A stretch of DNA of 43,597 nucleotides from Conidiobolus incongruus B7586 (Eukaryota). A program made the translations under genes and the position numbers. Below are positions 36,485 to 43,597 of this stretch, piece by piece (within the stretch, counting starts at the first letter, position 1; each line of letters begins with the position of its first letter). Under the pieces are notes generated by a model. The model was not told where the DNA came from. It ran no database searches and saw nothing but the letters and a program-made list of their open reading frames with translations. The stretch covers positions 1-43,597 of the forward strand of contig JNEM01013603.1 in the NCBI GenBank assembly GCA_000697335.1. The letters run 5' to 3'.

Positions 36485-39400
36485 TTAGTGACATCTCCAT
36501 CTGATGTTATCTTCTCAACCGCCAAATTCTCAAAATTCTGAAATTCCTGATAAAAATTGTACATGTGATTCGAAGAACATATTTAATTAATTAAATGATT
36601 AACGTTCAACTGATTGTAAATATTGGTTTAAAACTTAAAAACTTGTTCAAGTACAACAATATAGAATATCTTTGAATCAATAGCACTGCATATAATAGAT
36701 ATAATGTATTTTATTATACAATAAAATTAATTTCATTGAGACTAAAAATTATTAAATAACATATCTACATACTGTAAGCTATATTTATTTATCAGAAATC
36801 AATATTGTACTAAGAAATTCGATAATTAACTAAATATAACCATATTATCCACTTAATAGATTGCTACTTTATCAAGAAAATTGATTGAGAAGAATGTTCA
36901 AGTTTAGCACAAGATGAGTAATCTTTGATAAATTCAAAAGTCCAAACTGAGGAAATCAATCACGCTATTTGGGTTCTGAAATGAATAATATCTTTGCAAG
37001 ATTCCACTGAAATTATCAGATACTAATAAGATACTATTCAAACAAGAGGATATAAGACCCCTTTATCAATGAATCTAGCGAATATTAAAAACCAAAATAA
37101 ATAATTCTTGATATATTAAAAAATTAATAATTCGAAACTAACAGTTTTAATTTAATAAAAATATTTAATTAGAAATTAAGTATTTGTCCAATATAAAAAA
37201 ATTACCAAAGTTATGACTTAATTTTCAATTAAAAATATTGATCATAAGACGAGATGATCACGCTATAAGACGTATAAAACATCACTCATATTTGGAAATA
37301 ATCATCATTTTTTACACATACATTAACTATTTCGCATTTTCATTGTGATATTAAACCGAGATAATTAAGAATATTAAAGAACTTAATCCGGTTTAATCCA
37401 CAATTCATTTTCATTTTAATTAAATTTTTAATTATTTAAAGTGAAAATTTTTGATTATTAAATTTTTAAATCTTAATATTAGTGTGAAAAATTAATTTTA
37501 TAATCGTGTTTTATTTATACAATATTAATGTTCAAAATAAAAATTAATAGCAATTCTATCATGATTTGTGAATTAACTATTATTGGAAAATCACTTTTCA
37601 TTTTATTATATTTCAGGTTTCTGATAAGTAATAATATTAAAAGATTGCGAAATTTATTCTAGACTATCTTGATGTTGATTAAAAATAATTATTCAATAAC
37701 ACTTTGAAAATATGATCATTGTTATTTTAAAATTTATAAAAATGAATCCATAAGGATATATAAAATACTTATCGAAACTTTATATACCTATTACTATTAA
37801 ATATATTATATTATAAGAAAATACCAGATCAAATATTCTAAAGAATTATTTTATTAAACTTTTAATATTATCAGATTTGATCCTAAAAGTCAAATAATAG
37901 AACTACTTTATCTTCTCATTATTTTATATTGAAATAACAAAATTATTAGCCATTGAATATTAGAATAAATAATAATATACTTGAGAGGGATCTTCAATAA
38001 TTATATATGGTGCTTATATATTCTACTTTGTTAAATCACTTAATCATTTTTGCAACAATTATTTTTTATCGTAATAGACAAAGATTTGACAAATTTAAGA
38101 AAATATTTTCATTTTATATTTTTAGAACCTGTTATTATTATAATCAGATAATAATACATTTTTTAATATCGAAATATAAATTTTTCAAATTGTGGTATTA
38201 ATATAAGCTAAAGAAAAGAATATTTTAATTAAACTATTGTTAAATATAATAAGTTAAATTGTAATTAAATATCAGTAGTTAGCATAAAAAGGTTTTACAA
38301 GATTTTCACCAAGGGTAATGAAATTCATTTAAAAATTTTTTAATTTAAGGATATAATCAACAATTTCAAAAAAATCAATCGACATAGAAGCATATATTAA
38401 TCAAAATATTTTTGCTACTACAATATAATTAATACAATACGAAATTGGAAATATAATTTTTATAAATGGTGTGACAAAGATACATTGAATTTAGTAAATA
38501 TATGAGCCTATTATTAGACTAAACTTTCAGAATAAATTATTTTTATTAGTTTCACGATTTTGCGCAACTCAACGTTCCATATTAACATATAGAATAATTG
38601 TTTTTTTAGCACAAATAATTTCTACTATCTAAAATTTCAAGTATTCTTATTATTTATTATTATTTATCAATATTGTTCGAAATGATTGTATTCATACTGA
38701 ATTATAAAATGTGAAAAATATACACTTGATCAATTTATAAAATATAAAAAGATAGTTTAGTGATATGATAGTATAAAAGCTAAGATTATTTCAAAAATTT
38801 TAAAAGCTAAAAATTATATTCAATTAACAACAGCTAGAATAGTATCATAGAAAAGCATTAAATAATAATGATAACTAAGAAATACATTAAAACCCACCTT
38901 AAATGTGAAAATTTATAAAATATATCTGTACAATATATATTATCTTTTTTAATTAAATATTATATAATAATTTATCACTATTTAATCCATTTTGGAAAAA
39001 TTATTTAACGAATTTATATCAAAGTTTTATATTTTAGCAAATAATTGAAGTTTCAAAAATTGCAAAATAATATCAAGTTTCATTTTGTTTAGATATATTG
39101 AAAATTATATAAAAACAACTATAATATTGAGATAATTATATATAATCAGAACTTTTTATTTCATTTTAGAATAATTTCCAACTCATAAAATTAGTAATTA
39201 TAGCATTTATACGAGAGTAATATGAGCATTACTTTGGAAATTGGAGCAGCTCATATTTACTCAAATGTCTCAGTTCTTGAAAGTTATTAATTTCTATAAA
39301 ATTTTAGAGTATTTTTGTTATATCCATTATTAATTCTTATATCCAGGAAGTTAAAATTCAATTAAATAATGATCTTTACATTATTATATAATTCCATATT

Positions 39401-39768
39401 CTTTAAAATTGGCAAAAAATTCAATATCATTAGCATGTAAATGAGAGTGCAATACTATTTAATTATCTGGATATCGTAATTAAATAGAATTGCTATTATG
39501 AATAACATATCATCATTCAAATAACTATAAGAGTAACTGTAAATAAAATAAATATATTACGTATTACTATCTATAACAGAATTACCTATTCTTTAGGTTT
39601 TATAAAACCATTGTTATTAAAATTTATTATTTCTTATCATTATTCATACTATTCTCATCAAGAAATTTTGATACTTGGAATAATTATCAACTTTGATATA
39701 CCAATAACTTGATAAAATTATAATTTTCAAATTTATATTTTAAATTTCTACTTTTATTTTTTATAGTT

Positions 39769-40077
39769 TGTTGTAAAACTCAATCGTTTACAGCTCCATA
39801 AGTTTCAGGATGGTAGAAATTATCATTGGGATTAGTGTCGTGTGAAGTCATCCTTTTCAAAATATAAACACTGTTAAATAATATTATGAACTTGATTGAA
39901 AATAAGTATAAAACCTAGAAGGGATCTTTCTTTATTGTTCAAATATAAAAAAATGCTTTTATATTGTAGAGAAACACAACTATAATATCAGATGCTTTTA
40001 TCAAAGCATCGTTTATTAACATGAACATGCTTAAATATAATACTCATAAATGTAACATAGTTTATTTGAATTTAAAA
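39769..40077. repeat. Diverged ~300-bp direct repeat, copy B (partner 32586-32883)
   Basis: Same blocks, order and orientation as copy A. Confidence 0.75.
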
Positions 40078-40656
40078 TATATTATTAGATCATATTATAA
40101 ATAAAATATATTACCTAATATAATAATCTGTTGATTATTTAATGTATTAAGGAATATAAAGTATTTATAAACTATCTTGTAAATTAATATTTAATAAGAT
40201 AAAAATCAAAATTTTTATCTATAACTAAGGGATGATTTTGGTGTTAATATATAATCTTTTTTTGAATATATTAGTTCAAAACAAAAAATTGATAAATTTT
40301 TCAATTTTTGACTTTTCAAATATATTGTAATCTTTGAAAAATTAATTATATATAAAAAATATAAAAAATTAATATTTTTTAAACATATATTATTTATAGT
40401 TATTTTTTCTATAAATATTTTTAATTAAAATTTCAAAATTTAATTAAAAATAAATTAAATATTGATTATCAAAAGTTTTTTACTTTGGTATTTTTAAAAC
40501 TCAACTATAGATCTTTTAAAATCTGTAGATAATTTATAAAAATAATTCTGTATTTATAACTATTATTTATTATTATTATTATTATTTACTCTAATAGTTA
40601 AATAGGATATTAATTAATATTTACTTAAATTAGAAATCTAATTAATATTTTTATTA

Positions 40657-41949
40657 TTACTTTGTAATTTAAATAATGGGAATTTTTTGCAATTAAAAAA
40701 AATATACATTTTAATATTTACAAAGTAAAAATAAATATATAATATAAAATTAATAATTTCCTTTATTTTTAATAACTTTTTGCCTTACTTTTAGCAAAGA
40801 TCTAATACCTAAAAAACAATTCTTTTTATTAAGGACTGAAATTTGATATTTCACAAACCAATTAAATTTTCCTGTAGAAATTTTCTTTACTACAAGTTGG
40901 TTTTTTAATTACCTAAAACAATTATAATTATATAGGTTATATTCTGGGGAATATACTAAATATGGTAATTATTTCTTGTTATTTTTAATTAGAAAGTTTT
41001 TTATAGCTTTAGATTTATATATTTTGTAATTATCATGCAAAATAATAGCTTTTTTCAAATTATATTGAGAATACCAATTTGAAATAGTTTTATTTAAAAA
41101 AGAAATATAAAGTTTACTATTAATTGATTTTCTTTTAAGAAATAAATATAAATAATATATGTTATTATAATCTATTGTAATAATTAACATTTATTTATTA
41201 ATAAAGTATTTATTTAAAGTAATTTGTAGAAAAGGTTAATTTAACTTAATCTAACACTTTGATTTATATTTTGATAAAAGATTATATAAAAGAACCTAGG
41301 ATTTATTAATTATAGTAATTCATTGTAAAAGCCTTGGTTTCTAGCTATACCTTAGTAAGTTTTATTTAGCAATAACTACTCTAGCTTTTTTTAAGCTTTA
41401 GTTAAATTATAAGGTACCTATTTTGTATTTTTATTAATTAATTTTAATTTAAACTTTAATATATATAAAATACTTATATGACCAATATTAAAATATCTTG
41501 ATAATTCTCTAGTTGAAATAAAAGGGTGCTTTTTAATATAGTTTTTCACTTTATTAATAATTAAAAAAATCATAGTTAAAATTAGTTTTTTAGATTTTAA
41601 TAGGTTTTGGGTAATTTTTCTCCTAATTTTAAAGTAATTTACCTAGCAATAAATTATAAATTTAGATAATACTTTATTACCAAAAGTTGTTTATAAATTT
41701 TAAATAATTTTAAAAAATTTAAGGTTAAGTTTTATTAATATTAAAATAAAAAACTTTTGATAGTTACTATTTAGTTTAAGTATAATTAAATTAAACAACT
41801 AATTTTAAAAAATTATTATATATATATATATATAATTCAAAATTATTTATTTTCTTATTTATTTTGTATATATTTTTTTATTTGAAACTAATAATATATT
41901 TGCAAAATCAGAAATTAAAACATTTCCCATTTCTTTGATTTTATGGTAA
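40657..41949 (-). mobile_element. Degenerate full-length (1293 bp) Tc1/mariner DD34D transposon, copy 2
   Basis: TA on both sides (40655-56, 41950-51). Imperfect TIRs TTAC...AATGGGAA. Minus-strand relic: '*VPYNLTKA*KKARV', 'ITIINKS*V', 'MLIITIDY', 'IILHDN', 'LPYLVYSPEYNLYNY', with 34 residues between the 2nd D and the (mutated) 3rd D. Confidence 0.9.
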
Positions 41950-42725
41950 TATTTATTATAAAAGAAAGAAATATATTATACTATATCTTTTTATTTTTAC
42001 TTAAAAGTCTATTAAATAATTTAATATTGATAGTATTTATATAATAATTATAAATAATCTTAAATTTAAAATAATTATAAGAATATAAAATTAATATCCT
42101 ATAATTTAATAAAAATTTAAAAAATATAAAATAATTATAGCTAAATAATACTTATTAAAATATAACTAAAAGTATAGGTACTTTAAATAAATTAATATAA
42201 TCAATTAATCTTAAATTGCTTTATATAAACTTTTTTTTGAAAAATAAACAAAATATTAAGTTAAAATATCTTTTTAATTAAATTTCCATTAATAAATATT
42301 TGATTAATAACAAATATTAAATAAAATAATTAATTATAATTAAATATAGTTTTCTTATTTGGTTTTTAATAATATATCACTTAATGTTAAGTTATATATT
42401 GTTTTATTTATAATAACTTTTAATCCATATATTTATTATATTTAATTATAAAATATATTAAGTTATAGTAATATAATATTTTCCATATAAAAAATTCAGA
42501 ATAAACCTATCTAATCTAATATTTTTAGTTTGTTATATCTTATATATAAATATATATATATATATAATTTTATTCAGTAAATAAAAAACACATTTATTAA
42601 AAAAAATTTATAAAAATAAATTAATTAATATAATTTCTAATTTCATATTTTTTCAAAAAAGCTATTTTTAAAAGTTAAAAGCTTATCAAATTATAGTAAT
42701 AAGTTTTTGATAGTATTATAATATT

Positions 42726-43123
42726 TGTTAAAAGACTAGTTCTCTAAATTCTTATATATACTTTCATATAATTCAATTAACTATAAATTATATGATTAAT
42801 TTATACTTTTATAGCTAAATTAATTATATAAATAGCATTGAATTATTTAATAAACTAGGTTCCTCTTTTTCCTCTCAATATTTATTTTTTCTTATCCTTT
42901 CCACTATTTCTAAGTTTGAGACTACATCCTGTCAATATTACAGTATATTGGCACTACCTAATATAAATCTTAATATATCAGTGACTCATCCCAGTTCGAA
43001 GCTTAATTAAACTTTGTTTACATTTGCACGCTACAGCCACGTTATAATACCATGTTCCGTGTCACGCTACTCTTATATTAAGTCTTCCTCTGCACTTTAT
43101 TGGTACTTACCACCACGCTTACA
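42726..43123 (+). mobile_element. Solo LTR of the same Gypsy family as 1820-7537
   Basis: TGTTAA...CTTACA, 398 bp, TSD ATATT (42721-25, 43124-28). Aligns with both LTRs. Confidence 0.95.
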
Positions 43124-43597
43124 ATATTAATAAATTTTATTATTTATTCTCTATAAATATAAAATATTTATAATTTTATTAAATTTTAATTTTTAAATTT
43201 TGTATTATATAATTTTTATATAGATATCATATATATTTAAATAAAAATCATAAGCTGAATATTTGAAAAGATATATATGAAATTATTTAAATATATTAAT
43301 ATATTATCCTAATATCAAATAAAAGAAATTAATATTTTTTTTATTTAATTAAATATAATATTTTTTTTTAAATTTTATAAAATCAATTATATAATAATTA
43401 AATAATTATCATCAAAAATTTTTAATTATATTATTATTAAAACTTAACTATAAGCCTTTTGAAATAGAAATAATATTTTATTTAGATTTTTTATTCATAA
43501 TTAGATAAATTTTTTTAAACTAAAAAAATATTAAAAATTTATTAAATTTTAAAAATTTAACTTTAATTTCTATTTTTATAGTTATTGATAAATAAAT

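Noticed and set aside
38007..38201. 64-aa ORF
   Set aside because: F/I/Y/K-rich chance ORF with no motif.
1..43597. tRNA, rRNA, CRISPR or telomeric arrays
   Set aside because: None recognisable. The (TA)n and (ATT)n tracts are simple microsatellites.

Overview
Very AT-rich eukaryotic DNA, almost certainly fungal: it has Zn2Cys6 factors, a fungalysin and ~50-nt GT-AG introns. The composition and gene families suggest an early-diverging, Conidiobolus/Entomophthorales-like fungus (inference). A ~28-kb gene island is bracketed by two extremely AT-rich, CpG-depleted transposon blocks. The island holds two Zn2Cys6 transcription factors, two tandem Gly-rich secreted/GPI-type proteins, a mitochondrial-carrier pseudogene, a probable REC114, SAC1, a two-LIM protein and an M36 fungalysin. 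The left block is a DD34D mariner carrying a solo LTR, with a full-length chromovirus-type Ty3/Gypsy element inserted at the tip of its TIR. The right block is a second, inverted copy of the same mariner plus a solo LTR of the same Gypsy family. The most striking signal is repeat-restricted C>T/G>A hypermutation. The two 400-bp LTRs differ at ~28 sites, all transitions with no indels. The 4.8-kb gag-pol keeps one reading frame yet is full of Q/W/R-derived stops. This looks like a RIP-like genome-defence process (CpG plus CpA/CpT contexts) in a fungus probably outside the Dikarya. All alignments were done by eye.
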